Under the pieces are notes generated by a model. It saw only the letters and a program-made list of their open reading frames with translations, searched no databases and was not told where the DNA came from. The translations under genes were made by a program, and so were the position numbers. Of a stretch of DNA of 36,733 nt, positions 1 through 8,855 are shown piece by piece. How positions within the stretch are numbered: position 1 is the stretch's first letter; every line of letters begins with the position of its first letter. Source of the DNA: Myxococcota bacterium. Its GTDB lineage: Bacteria > Myxococcota_C > UBA6777. The stretch is taken from NCBI GenBank assembly GCA_023150835.1, contig JAKLKB010000059.1, positions 1 through 36,733 on the forward strand. Direction: 5' to 3'.

Positions 1-23
1 AAGGGGATTGAGGGGGGGCGAAC

Positions 24-128
24 AAAAGAAAAGGTGATCAAGACCGACTCTACGAGGTTTCCACCTTAACAAGGCGCGTATGGGGGCTGCCCCTACACCT
101 TTACAAGCACACAACGAGCGGATATCGT
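24..128. repeat. Repeat module C (24-104) overlapping an inverted partial copy of module B (82-128)
   Basis: aaaagaaa..gatc..cgactct..tttcc.ccttaacaaggcgcgtatgggg recurs at 24526-24612. The stretch ctgcccctaca..tttac..cacaca..gcggatatcgt matches the reverse complement of 6230-6277. Confidence 0.8.
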
Positions 129-151
129 GCGATACGTGCCAACAGACGGGG

Positions 152-2653
152 CTAATAGTTGCCGTGTATGCCTCCGATAAACTGGCGGAACATCCCGGGC
201 ATAATGCCTTGGGGGCGGCGCGACGCGATGTAGCGGGCATCTGTGAGGTTCTTTCCTTCAAAAAAGACCCCCACACTCCAATGCGACATCTGGTAGGTGT
301 AAGCGATCCGCGCATCCAACAAGAAACGCCCCTCGATGCGGCCCACCAAGCCGTCCATGCTGGCTTGAACCGTCATCGCGTTATCAGCAAACTGCTCGCT
401 CATGTAATGAGCCGTCACCGAAGCGGAAAAACCGAAAGGATGGAAGAATCCAAGATTTGCAGAGACCAGATGTTCGGGGGCGTAAGGAAGGCGATTGTTG
501 TAATACTTGGTTCCGGGTTCTGCAAAGATCGCCAACGGAACCCACGTGTAAGTGAGGGTCAGCGGCAAGCGAAATCCCCAACGCATCGCCTCTGCGAGAT
601 CGAACATTGCGGAAGCTTCGAGACCTGCGTGCAAAGTACGCCCTGCGTTGACAAAGGGCTTGCCTTGGTTGGCGGGATCGTTGGCGACCGCGCCGCTGGC
701 TTCGGCGGGCGGGATCACTTGGTTTTGGAAGTCCATCAAAAAGCCCGTCAACTCGGCTTGGAAGAACCGTTTGATCCGCGAGCGCAAACCGATTTCATAA
801 TTCCACGAGAACTCTGCATCGATCTCAATGCTCGAACCACCCGCTGTAATCGCATCTTTGATCCGAGGCGGCGCATACCCACGATGAACCCCTCCAAAGA
901 TCGAGAGGCCGTTGATGGGTTGATACGAGATACCAAGACCGGGGATCGGCGTCGCCGTAAAGCTATTTGCAAGACGATCTACATCGGTGGGAACGTCTTT
1001 TCCGTTGGCGTCTTTGACTCGTGTGCGCAAGATGTGTCGCTCGTTACGAAGCATCTCCACTCGGATCCCCGGGGTGATCTGCAAGCGTTTGTCTAAAAAC
1101 ATAAACTTGTTTTGCAAAAACAACGCGCTCGCAAAAGCCCAACGCCGCTCATCATCGCGCACATCGCCGCTCGGTGAGTTTTCGCGCTCTCCGTTGATAT
1201 GCTGTTCATTTGCAGCCTCAACGTGCAAACGCACGCCTGCGGAAAGCTCGTTGTCTACGACCTTTCCAAAGCTGAAGTTGACGACATAACGAGTTTCCAA
1301 CCCAGCGTTGTGAAACAACCGATCTCGGTTTCCTGTAGATCGGCGAAAATACAGCGTACTTCCATCTTTGCTATCGCTGCTTGCGACGACTTGGTTGTTT
1401 CCATCGACGATCCGCTCGTAGTTTGCGCCTTTGTTTTCACGATCAAAGTCTTGACGCATCCAGTCGCGCTCGATCTGATAGGCATAAAAGGTCGTCTGAA
1501 GGCTCCCCGCTGTCTCGAAAAAATGCTTGTGTGTGGCGGAGATCGCATAACGACGCACCAAGAAGCGGTCGTGGATCGCAGGGCTGGCGGCTGCGTTGTT
1601 TTCGTACTGTGGAGTCGTCAAACCAAGGTAAGTCGAGCGAGAGCTTTCGTCGTAAAAATGCAGCTTTATCCCAAAGACGCTGCGAGGCGAGATCTGGATA
1701 CGAAACTTGGCGCTCACATCGGTCTGTGCAAGCCCGAGATTGCGATGCCCATCAAAACGCTTGTGGGCGGCCTCGAACAAATAACCAAAGGCTCCCACCG
1801 TGTCGCCCACAAAGGCTTGCGCAAGAAAGTAATTATAGCTCCCATACGCCGCACGTGCGCCGATCGTCAAACGCTTCGGAGGTTCGCGGGTGATAAAGTT
1901 CACGACCCCTCCCACCGTTTGCGGCCCCCAAAGGATCGAACCGCTGCCTTTGAGGATCTCGATGCGCTCTACACGCTCGATCATCGGGGTATAATAAGCC
2001 TCAGGCTCCCCGTACACTCCCATCGACAGCGGCACACCATCCTCAAGCAAAAGCACACGACGCGAGCGATTCGGATCAAGGCCACGTATCCCGATATTCA
2101 GGCGCAAGCCTTGGCCTTCTTCGGACGTCACATTGAGTCCGGGAGTCGTGCGCAACATCTCTTCGATGTGAGCAGGGCCTCTGTTTTGGATCTCTTGCGG
2201 CGTAATCACCGTCCCTGACCCCGGTACACTGTCCAATGCAGAACGGCGACGACCGATCACGTCGATCTGCGGCACAAGGATCTCCTCCGAGCGCTCGCGT
2301 AATTTCGGTTCTGTAGGTGGATTGAATTGCGCCATTCGTCCCGATTGACGGTCTTTTTTCGCTGGTGGCTTTTCGGCAACTGCTGCTGTCTTTTTTGAAA
2401 CAGGTGTCGACATCATCTTCGCCGATGGTTCGGAGATCATTCGCTCAGAAGGCTTCGACGTCGTTTTGACCGATGGTTTCGACGTCGTTTTGACCGATGG
2501 CTTCGACGTCGTGTTCGCCGCTGGAGCGGTCGGTGGGGAGTCAGCAAACACAGGCCAAGACAAAAAAAGCACGCTGAACACAGCGCACACACGGGCAAAA
2601 AAGGCAGGGGTGGCGCATTTATGGGTCGCAAAGCGCCGAGCGTGAGCAAACAT
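152..2653 (-). CDS. TonB-dependent receptor, FecA-like
   Basis: Plug motifs (LNIGIRGLDPNRSRRVLLLEDGVP; ERIEILKGSGSILWGPQTVGGVVNF), KNLTD near the C-terminus, terminal aromatic residue, signal peptide. ATG 2653 is preceded by GGAGG; the track ORF is longer (to 2845). Confidence 0.93.
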   Translation of the reverse strand: MFAHARRFATHKCATPAFFARVCAVFSVLFLSWPVFADSPPTAPAANTTSKPSVKTTSKPSVKTTSKPSERMISEPSAKMMSTPVSKKTAAVAEKPPAKKDRQSGRMAQFNPPTEPKLRERSEEILVPQIDVIGRRRSALDSVPGSGTVITPQEIQNRGPAHIEEMLRTTPGLNVTSEEGQGLRLNIGIRGLDPNRSRRVLLLEDGVPLSMGVYGEPEAYYTPMIERVERIEILKGSGSILWGPQTVGGVVNFITREPPKRLTIGARAAYGSYNYFLAQAFVGDTVGAFGYLFEAAHKRFDGHRNLGLAQTDVSAKFRIQISPRSVFGIKLHFYDESSRSTYLGLTTPQYENNAAASPAIHDRFLVRRYAISATHKHFFETAGSLQTTFYAYQIERDWMRQDFDRENKGANYERIVDGNNQVVASSDSKDGSTLYFRRSTGNRDRLFHNAGLETRYVVNFSFGKVVDNELSAGVRLHVEAANEQHINGERENSPSGDVRDDERRWAFASALFLQNKFMFLDKRLQITPGIRVEMLRNERHILRTRVKDANGKDVPTDVDRLANSFTATPIPGLGISYQPINGLSIFGGVHRGYAPPRIKDAITAGGSSIEIDAEFSWNYEIGLRSRIKRFFQAELTGFLMDFQNQVIPPAEASGAVANDPANQGKPFVNAGRTLHAGLEASAMFDLAEAMRWGFRLPLTLTYTWVPLAIFAEPGTKYYNNRLPYAPEHLVSANLGFFHPFGFSASVTAHYMSEQFADNAMTVQASMDGLVGRIEGRFLLDARIAYTYQMSHWSVGVFFEGKNLTDARYIASRRPQGIMPGMFRQFIGGIHGNY
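2453..2511. repeat. 24 bp in-frame tandem repeat (TTSKPSVK) in the receptor N-terminal linker
   Basis: ttcgacgtcgttttgaccgatgg repeated with period 24. Confidence 0.85.
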
Positions 2654-2716
2654 AACAAACCTCCACAAAAGCAGAGCCATGCGCTGAGATCGCGCATCCT
2701 CAAGTGATCGGGAGGC

Positions 2717-2745
2717 GTTGTAATCAAGGCCCAAATGCCCGTCAA
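2717..2745 (-). promoter_or_regulatory. Putative sigma70 promoter of the TonB receptor
   Basis: TTGACG-17 bp-TACAAC on the minus strand. Confidence 0.45.
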
Positions 2746-2904
2746 GCCGATTTTTTCGGCCTGTACTGCGACGTCTTGAAACACATCCTCGCGCAAAGAT
2801 CGATGTTGTTGTTTGTTGTTTGATTTGTGGAAGGTCTACACCCAAAACAGCCAGCCCGATTTCGAGTGGAGTCGATCATCTTTTTTTGAGGCAGGCGTCA
2901 CTTG

Positions 2905-3003
2905 TTGGATCGTTTTTGCGGGATTCCACCCCACACCTTGGATCGTTTTTGCGGGATTCCACTCCACGCCTTGGATCGTTTTTGCGGGGTTCCACCCCGC
3001 ACC
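2905..3003. repeat. Three 33 bp tandem repeats containing the 5' hairpin of repeat A
   Basis: ttggatcgtttttgcggg(a/g)ttccac(c/t)cc(a/g)c(a/g)cc at 2905, 2938 and 2971. Confidence 0.95.
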
Positions 3004-3107
3004 CCGCAAGGGAACTTTGTCCCCTTGACCCCGTATTGGCGAAGAGATCACAGATTTTTCACACAGACGACTCTGTCGCTTGAACCTTCACGAACACGGG
3101 GTTTTTT
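2984..3107 (+). repeat. Dispersed REP-like repeat A, copy 1
   Basis: GCGGGG..CCCCGC hairpin, then CCCTTGACCCCGTAT.GGCGAA..TTTTCA..GTCGCTTG..CGAACACGGGG. Confidence 0.9.
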
Positions 3108-3133
3108 GGCGGATGCGACGCTTCAAGAAGAAG

Positions 3134-3466
3134 TCAATTTGAGGAGGAAAGAGGCATCGGCCTTTGCAGGGCTTTTTCAAAAAGGCTCCACAAGCGATCA
3201 AAGCTATAGATGCAAGGACCGTAACCATCGGACCAATGCAACTCAATGGCATAATGTCCAACAGGCGTCCAACGCAACAGATGGATCGTGCGCAGCGCTT
3301 CAAGCGAACGGCGGGCTTCTTCGGAGTGGATCGCTTCAAACTGCGCACTCGCGCAATGTTTCCGCAACGCCAACAGATCGTACATCGCGATCTGCCCGTC
3401 ATCCCAACGGATCATCAATTGTTTTTGATCAAAGCGGATATCTTGTGCCGTCGGTGGCATGGCCAA
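3134..3466 (-). CDS. DUF971 / gamma-butyrobetaine hydroxylase N-terminal-like protein
   Basis: LMIRWDDG..YDLLALRKHC..VGHYAIELHWSDG..IYSFDRL pattern. Start is TTG 3466 or ATG 3460. Confidence 0.75.
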   Translation of the reverse strand: MAMPPTAQDIRFDQKQLMIRWDDGQIAMYDLLALRKHCASAQFEAIHSEEARRSLEALRTIHLLRWTPVGHYAIELHWSDGYGPCIYSFDRLWSLFEKALQRPMPLSSSN

Positions 3467-3511
3467 CCCTGAGTGTGAGAGGATGTTGCACTGGCGCAGG
3501 AAAATATCGTC

Positions 3512-4189
3512 TTATTTGCGGAGATACGCGAGGATGCGCAGCAATTCGCTTTGTTGGGTTTGTACGTATTTGGGTTGAAGAGAGCGATCTTTTCGGGCTT
3601 GAAGGTAGAGGTTGAACAAGATCTTCTCTTGTTTTCCATAGGTTTCTTTCTGTGTGGACCAGTTTTCGCGCATATCTTGGCATCGTTCAGCTTTGACGCC
3701 TTGGGCTTTTGTGGCGAGCGTAAAGACTTGGCAATAAAAGGCTTTGGGGCCAAAGTCCGCGCAGACCAACTTACGGAGTTTTCGACAAGCATGGGGATCG
3801 GCTTGCGCGTTGGATTGCATCCCGATCATCTGGGCGAGGATGTTGTCGGATATCTTCTGACGGAAGGCTTCGACACGCGCTTCGCCGGCACTACCGTAGT
3901 TTTCAGCCATCTTTTCAAGCGACTGCATATTGGTCTCTTGTTTGCGTAGATAGGCTTCCCACGCGGTCCATTGTTCATTCATGCGCTCGGAGCAGATCTT
4001 GTGCGAGGCACTTGGATGGCGTGCAACACGCTCATGCACACGACAAGCGAAGCTCAAAAAGCCAAAGGTTTGACAGACTTTTTTGCTCAGTTGAACGCAA
4101 GACTTGTTTGCGTGTGCATAATTGGGTTGAGAAAAGCTGCACAAAGATCCAAAGATCAGGGCGGATACACCGACAAACACGCTTCGCAT
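3512..4189 (-). CDS. Secreted hypothetical protein with two 4-Cys repeats
   Basis: AAGGAG before ATG 4189, signal peptide, and repeats CVQLSKKVCQTFG..C..C and CRKLRKLVCADFG..C..C. Confidence 0.7.
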   Translation of the reverse strand: MRSVFVGVSALIFGSLCSFSQPNYAHANKSCVQLSKKVCQTFGFLSFACRVHERVARHPSASHKICSERMNEQWTAWEAYLRKQETNMQSLEKMAENYGSAGEARVEAFRQKISDNILAQMIGMQSNAQADPHACRKLRKLVCADFGPKAFYCQVFTLATKAQGVKAERCQDMRENWSTQKETYGKQEKILFNLYLQARKDRSLQPKYVQTQQSELLRILAYLRK

Positions 4190-4261
4190 CGTGGACTCCT
4201 TTACGGTTGAAGACAGGCAGCATACCAAGATATACGCGCAGCAGGGAAAACAAAAGGCATC

Positions 4262-4795
4262 TCAAGAGGTGGGCTTTGAGGATTCGGCGAGATAAGCGCG
4301 ATAACCGAGGGTTTCGAGCTTGTGGGCTTTTTCCAAAACAGCCTCTTCCATGCGAGCGCGCAGATCACGCAAGCGCATACGGATGGCAGGAGAAAAAGCC
4401 GCCAAGATCCGCGCAGCAAGAAGGCCAGCATTTCGTGCGTTTTGGATCGCGACTGTGGCGACAGGGATCCCGCTCGGCATCTGCACGATGGAGAGTAAAG
4501 AATCGAGTCCTTGAAGCGCAGCCGACTGGATCGGCACTCCGATCACGGGCAGATCGGTCATGGAAGCCACCATGCCGGGCAGATGGGCCGCACCACCCGC
4601 CCCTGCGATGATCACGCAAAGCCCTCTTGATTCGGCGCTTTGGGCATACGCCACCATACGCTCGGGAGTGCGGTGGGCCGAAACCACCGTGATCTCGTAA
4701 GGGATCGCAAGCTCATCAAGAGCTTTTGCAGCTTCTTGCATCACAGGCAGATCGGAGTCACTGCCCATGATGATCCCGACCATCGCTTCGGTCAT
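4262..4795 (-). CDS. purE: N5-CAIR mutase PurE
   Basis: [49 protein letters not shown]. Confidence 0.98.
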   Translation of the reverse strand: MTEAMVGIIMGSDSDLPVMQEAAKALDELAIPYEITVVSAHRTPERMVAYAQSAESRGLCVIIAGAGGAAHLPGMVASMTDLPVIGVPIQSAALQGLDSLLSIVQMPSGIPVATVAIQNARNAGLLAARILAAFSPAIRMRLRDLRARMEEAVLEKAHKLETLGYRAYLAESSKPTS

Positions 4796-5970
4796 GCGGG
4801 CGCTCCTTTGTGTTTTTCAGCCTGAGACATGGAGATGATCTGGATGATCTGACGGGCTTTTTGGGCTTTTTCACGCGCTCGATGAACATCGTGATCGACG
4901 ATCGTAATATGGCCCATCTTTCGGAAAGGCCGTGTTTCGGCTTTTCCGTAAAGATGAAAAGATAGACCCGAGATATCCATCGCTTCGCGCATCCCAAGGA
5001 TCAGCGGCGGTCCGTAAGCGTCGGGCGCACCGAGAAGATTGACCATCACGGCGGGGATCAAGAGATCCGTTTCACCCAGTGGCAGCCCCGCAATGGCCCG
5101 TAGATGCTGTTCAAATTGATCTGTAATGCAGGCTTCGATGGTGTAATGCCCTGAGTTGTGGGTGCGGGGCGCGATCTCGTTGAGCAAAATCCGCCCATCT
5201 TGGGCCAAAAACATCTCAACGCCAAAGATCCCGACGCCTTCGAGCGCTTGGATGGCATCTGAGGCGATCTGGATGGCGCGCTCTGCGATGTGTTTTTCCA
5301 CAAGGGCGGGAGCCATCACCACATCGCAGATATTGGCCGCAGGATCAAAGACCATCTCGACAAGCGGATGGCAACGGATCTGGCCGCTGGCATTGCGCGC
5401 CACCATCACCGCAAGCTCTTTGTGGATAGCGATTTTTTCTTCGATCAGACTGGGGCCTTGCAGCGCACGCGGCAAATCCCGCGCATCCTCGATCACCATC
5501 ACGCCGCGCCCATCATACCCGCCCCGCCGCAGTTTCTGCACTAAGGGAAATCCAAAAGCCTCACAAGTCGCCTCATCCAACACATCGGCCTCTCGAAAAC
5601 GAGGAACAGGAATTCCTTTCGCTGCGAGATATCGTTTTTGGGTCAGCTTGTCTTGGATGATCTGCAAGATGCGCGGAGAAGGCGCGATCGCATGGCCTTC
5701 AGCTTCCAGCGCAGCAAGGGCCTGCGCATCGATCTCTTCGAGATCGTAGGTGGTGATATCGCAAGCATCGACGATTTCTCGCAGCTTACGGATATCGTGG
5801 TAGCTTCCGAGGATATGCGTATCGGCGATCAGCGCCGCAGGTGCATGGGGGGAAGGATCAAGGATGCTCACATGAAACCCCATCGCCTTGGCTTGGAGTG
5901 CCAACATCTTACCAAGCTGACCGCCACCGATGATCCCCACCCGCATCAGGTAATGGTAACGCAGTGCCAT
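4792..5970 (-). CDS. purK: N5-CAIR synthase PurK
   Basis: [39 protein letters not shown] overlap with purE; GGAGGAG before ATG 5970. Confidence 0.97.
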   Translation of the reverse strand: MALRYHYLMRVGIIGGGQLGKMLALQAKAMGFHVSILDPSPHAPAALIADTHILGSYHDIRKLREIVDACDITTYDLEEIDAQALAALEAEGHAIAPSPRILQIIQDKLTQKRYLAAKGIPVPRFREADVLDEATCEAFGFPLVQKLRRGGYDGRGVMVIEDARDLPRALQGPSLIEEKIAIHKELAVMVARNASGQIRCHPLVEMVFDPAANICDVVMAPALVEKHIAERAIQIASDAIQALEGVGIFGVEMFLAQDGRILLNEIAPRTHNSGHYTIEACITDQFEQHLRAIAGLPLGETDLLIPAVMVNLLGAPDAYGPPLILGMREAMDISGLSFHLYGKAETRPFRKMGHITIVDHDVHRAREKAQKARQIIQIISMSQAEKHKGAPA

Positions 5971-6097
5971 CGCCATCTCCTCCATCGTATCGCTCTCTTG
6001 GGCCATCCAAACAAAAACACATCTTAGAAAAGGCGGGCGATTAGTGCAATCCGCGCAAACGTTTGTCAATGGGATAAGATCGACACAATTCGATGAT

Positions 6098-6222
6098 GTG
6101 GGACTCTGCCCCACACCCCGCGCCCTTAGCGCGGCTCCCTTGACCCCGTATCAGCGAAAAGATCACAGGTTTTTCAAAAAAATAGCTCCGTCGCTTGAAG
6201 TGTCGCGAACACGGCTTTTTTT
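6098..6222 (+). repeat. Repeat A, copy 2
   Basis: Same conserved blocks as copy 1. Confidence 0.9.
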
Positions 6223-6229
6223 GATTTAT

Positions 6230-6350
6230 ACGAAATCCGCAGGGTGTGTGAGCGTAAAAATGTAGGGGCAGTCCCCCTGTGGCTGCCTAACCACAGGGCT
6301 TTCACAACGGATCGCATCGGCCCTTCGTGTACGCTTCTCACGGATATCGT
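6230..6350 (+). repeat. MITE-like module B, copy 1
   Basis: acgaaatccgc ... gtaggggcag ... cacaggg ... acggatatcgt; colinear with 16141-16256 and 36455-36565. Confidence 0.8.
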
Positions 6351-6351
6351 C

Positions 6352-6588
6352 TTAGCGTATAGGAACAGCGGGGGTGGGCGAAGCAGGTGCAACAGAGGTT
6401 TTGGGCAGAAGAGGCTTAAGAAACCCCATCACAGCGTCAAAAAGGACGGGAGTGGTACGAGGAGAAAGGATGTCCCCCGCGAGAACATGCGAGGCTGGAT
6501 CGCTGGAAGTGTCCAAGACAAGGAGCTTTTTGTGTGGACTCCCTAACAACGCAAAGCGCGACTCGATCAGTCGGGGATCGAGGACTTG
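6352..6588 (-). pseudogene. C-terminal fragment of the IS-disrupted alpha/beta hydrolase
   Basis: Frame reads QVLDPRLIESRFALLGSPHKK..SDPASHVLAGDILSP, a catalytic-His region matching the family of the fragment at 8212-8617. Confidence 0.7.
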
Positions 6589-7943
6589 GCGAGGGGGGAT
6601 TGATCGCCGTCATGTCTTCGTGTGTAGGCGTATCCATCGGTGTGTTGAAGGAGACGACAATGTTTGTAAGAAATGCCTTGTGTGGTGCCACTTCGGGTTT
6701 TGATGTTGAAACTGCCCGTGCTTCGCACCGCCACCCGTCCGACGTATCGGCCTGCTTTCTTTCCCTTCGGAACCACCGCTTCCACCATGTCTCCTGTTTG
6801 AAAACCGTACACTTTCTTCTGTCTCGCTTTCGCCCCTGTTCGGGGGAAGACGACCCTTGGGAGTCTCGCGCTTCGCAAACCGTACTGATCCACGCTACAC
6901 ATCTGCCGACTTCCCCGTCCCATCGCTCTGATCTCCAGCACTTCTTGCGCGAAGTCCACGCGCACATTTTCTCCCGACACGCCCACACACACCGCATCCA
7001 GCCAATGTGTTTTCCGATATTCTTGCACACTTCGGTTGTACTTCGTTTGCCCACCGCTTCCCACTTCCAAGGGTACATCCAACCCACACAACCGCTCTCG
7101 CGATGCCAGTCGGGTGCTGTTGACCGCCGCCGCATCCGACAGCGATGCCTTCGCTTTGGCCATCAACGCCTTGTATTTCTCCGGCTGCTTGGCCAGAAAC
7201 GTCTTTGCGTTTTGGTTGCCCTTCTCTTGGTTGCACCTCGCACACGCCAACGTCAGGTTGCTCACACGATCCGTCCCGTTCTTCGAGCGGGGCACGATAT
7301 GGTCGATTTGCAAAGGAATTTCTGTGGCGTCACAATAGAAACACTTTCGTTTCCACTTTTCGAGCAGATATTCCCGCACTTCGTAGCCACACAAGGTGCC
7401 TTGTTGGTATTCCACACCCTCGATCTCTGGATTCTCTAAGCGTTGCATATCAAAACGCACCGATTCCATCGAGAGAGCGGTCAAAGGCATCCAACGCCTC
7501 AGTCGTTTGGCCCATTGCACCACGTTTTGCACACGACTTTCCAAACTGGGGGCCAGCCAGCCTTTTCTTCGTTTTCGGTGCTGAAAGCGCGGTTTGCGAT
7601 AACGTGTGTGCCGGTACCTTCGCGAACGCCGAACACCGCGACGTTTTTGCAAGGCTTCTTTGATCGCCTGACCGCGATGTTGGAGTTCCGCTGCAAACAC
7701 ACAGGTTTGTCCACGTTTGAATGTGGCGACGACCGCGAGTCCAGAGGTGCGACTGCCGGGATCGACCTTCAAACGCAGGGGCTGTGCATGAGAGGTGGTG
7801 GGTTGTGTGAGGACGATGGTGAAGGGAAAGCGCCGCCACACCGCAGCATGGCCTTGGGAAAGCAGTTGGCGAGCGCGTGCAGGATGACACGGCATCAACG
7901 GCTCTTTCTTCTCGCTGAGTACCAAGACTCTGTTTTGTGCCAT
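6567..7943 (-). CDS. iscB: IscB, omegaRNA-guided endonuclease (458 aa)
   Basis: PLMP domain, RuvC-I (KVDPGS), Arg-rich bridge helix (RRSRR), RuvC-II (MESVRFD), HNH with CxxC (CFYC..IDHIVPRS..NLTLACARCNQEK), RuvC-III (THWLDA). AAAGG before ATG 7943. Confidence 0.96.
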   Translation of the reverse strand: MAQNRVLVLSEKKEPLMPCHPARARQLLSQGHAAVWRRFPFTIVLTQPTTSHAQPLRLKVDPGSRTSGLAVVATFKRGQTCVFAAELQHRGQAIKEALQKRRGVRRSRRYRHTRYRKPRFQHRKRRKGWLAPSLESRVQNVVQWAKRLRRWMPLTALSMESVRFDMQRLENPEIEGVEYQQGTLCGYEVREYLLEKWKRKCFYCDATEIPLQIDHIVPRSKNGTDRVSNLTLACARCNQEKGNQNAKTFLAKQPEKYKALMAKAKASLSDAAAVNSTRLASRERLCGLDVPLEVGSGGQTKYNRSVQEYRKTHWLDAVCVGVSGENVRVDFAQEVLEIRAMGRGSRQMCSVDQYGLRSARLPRVVFPRTGAKARQKKVYGFQTGDMVEAVVPKGKKAGRYVGRVAVRSTGSFNIKTRSGTTQGISYKHCRLLQHTDGYAYTRRHDGDQSPLAKSSIPD

Positions 7944-8211
7944 GAAGACGTTACCTTTCCCCGTATTGACGGGGTGTTCTCGAAACGTGCGTTTCGGTAA
8001 AGTTCTCCTTGCCCGGTTGGACGAGAGGTTTTGAAGACACCGCACAGTCTTACCCAAGAACTGTTTGAAGTGTCGCGCAGATGCGTCGGACTGGAGAAGC
8101 ATCCGACTGTGCCTATTTATTCTCTCCCAACGTTTCCTTTCCTTACGAAAAGGGGGCGGGTCAACGGGGCTTACCGAAGCAAGCCCGCCCCTTCAGGGGT
8201 GGGTCGTTGAC
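6589..8211 (-). mobile_element. Non-autonomous IS200/IS605-family IscB element with truncated 3' end
   Basis: Begins GTCAAC plus subterminal hairpin cccacccctgaaggggcggg. Contains omegaRNA and iscB, no tnpA, and separates two fragments of one gene. Confidence 0.85.
7944..8211 (-). ncRNA. omegaRNA (HEARO-type) scaffold; guide is the ~16-20 nt flank at 8212-8231
   Basis: GTCAAC..GGGCTTG cttcgg TAAGCCC..GTTGAC stem; ACGTT..ATAGGCAC; GTCGGATGC TTCTCC AGTCCGAC stem whose loop is complementary to a downstream GGAGAA (pseudoknot). Directly 5' of iscB. Confidence 0.9.
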
Positions 8212-8617
8212 GGGCATCTTGCGCCCATGCTTGCACGCTCGCCTCTGCAAGAGCATCTCCCGAACGCCCATGCCCACGCAGCCGAGGGAAAAACACATTC
8301 GCTTGTAAAGCATCCGCCAACTTGGAACAGAGCGGCTCCACTTCCATGCGGCTCCCTGAAAATCCATGAAAAAACACGATAGAAACGGGCGTTTGGGCTT
8401 TGGTCTTTGGATGATACCAGCGGATCATCTTTTGCGTTTGGGGCCGAATATCGGAGAAACGCGCCTCTTGCTTTCTGAGCAAGGCATCCAGATCGCTTTC
8501 CAGCATCACAGGCTGGGTCGTGGTGTTTGTATCGACACGTGGCCCCAAGGCCACCACAACGCCCAAGACCACAACCATCCCAAATCCCCACATCGCCGCT
8601 TTTTTCACCCACTGCAC
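8212..8617 (-). pseudogene. N-terminal fragment of alpha/beta hydrolase interrupted by the IscB element
   Basis: TM anchor, IVFFHGFSGSRME and FFPRLRGHG, ending at AWAQDA where the IS starts. Start codon approximate (GTG 8617). Confidence 0.8.
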
Positions 8618-8705
8618 CGATGCACCCTCACTCCAAAGAGCTTTCTCTCGCGTTCGAGAACGTACCGCAACTTCGTTGATTCTTTGAGCCGTGGCACGCT
8701 TGACG

Positions 8706-8828
8706 AAATCCCCGTGTTCGTGGGCGTACAAGCGACACCGCTGTGCGTTTGAAAAACCTGTACTCGCATCGCCGATACGGGGTCAAGGGGGCCGCGCTAA
8801 GGGCGCGGGGCGTGGGGCAGAGTCCCAC
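8706..8828 (-). repeat. Repeat A, copy 3
   Basis: Reverse complement nearly identical to copy 2 over the 5' half. Confidence 0.9.
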
Positions 8829-8855
8829 AAAAGCCATGCAACCGCACAAAGCGAA

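Noticed and set aside
80-2218. Long antisense ORFs here and at 6534-7439, 21444-22661, 29531-30322 and 31022-32143
   Set aside because: Shadow frames opposite well-supported genes, with no motifs of their own.
2684-2704. Fur box upstream of the TonB receptor
   Set aside because: Only a loose TGAG..CTCA palindrome with a GC-rich centre and wrong spacing.
2905-3003. CRISPR array from the 33 bp repeats
   Set aside because: Units are contiguous with no spacers.
2820-3083. Small peptides encoded by repeat A (for example PLTPY or PLDPV ORFs)
   Set aside because: Copies differ by 1 bp indels and share no start, stop or frame.
3091-3107. Repeat A as a dedicated intrinsic terminator
   Set aside because: A stem and T tail exist, but copies 1, 2 and 6 are antisense to both flanking genes.
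7944-8102. N-terminal extension of IscB in the ORF track
   Set aside because: It lies within the omegaRNA; the PLMP domain and RBS point to ATG 7943.
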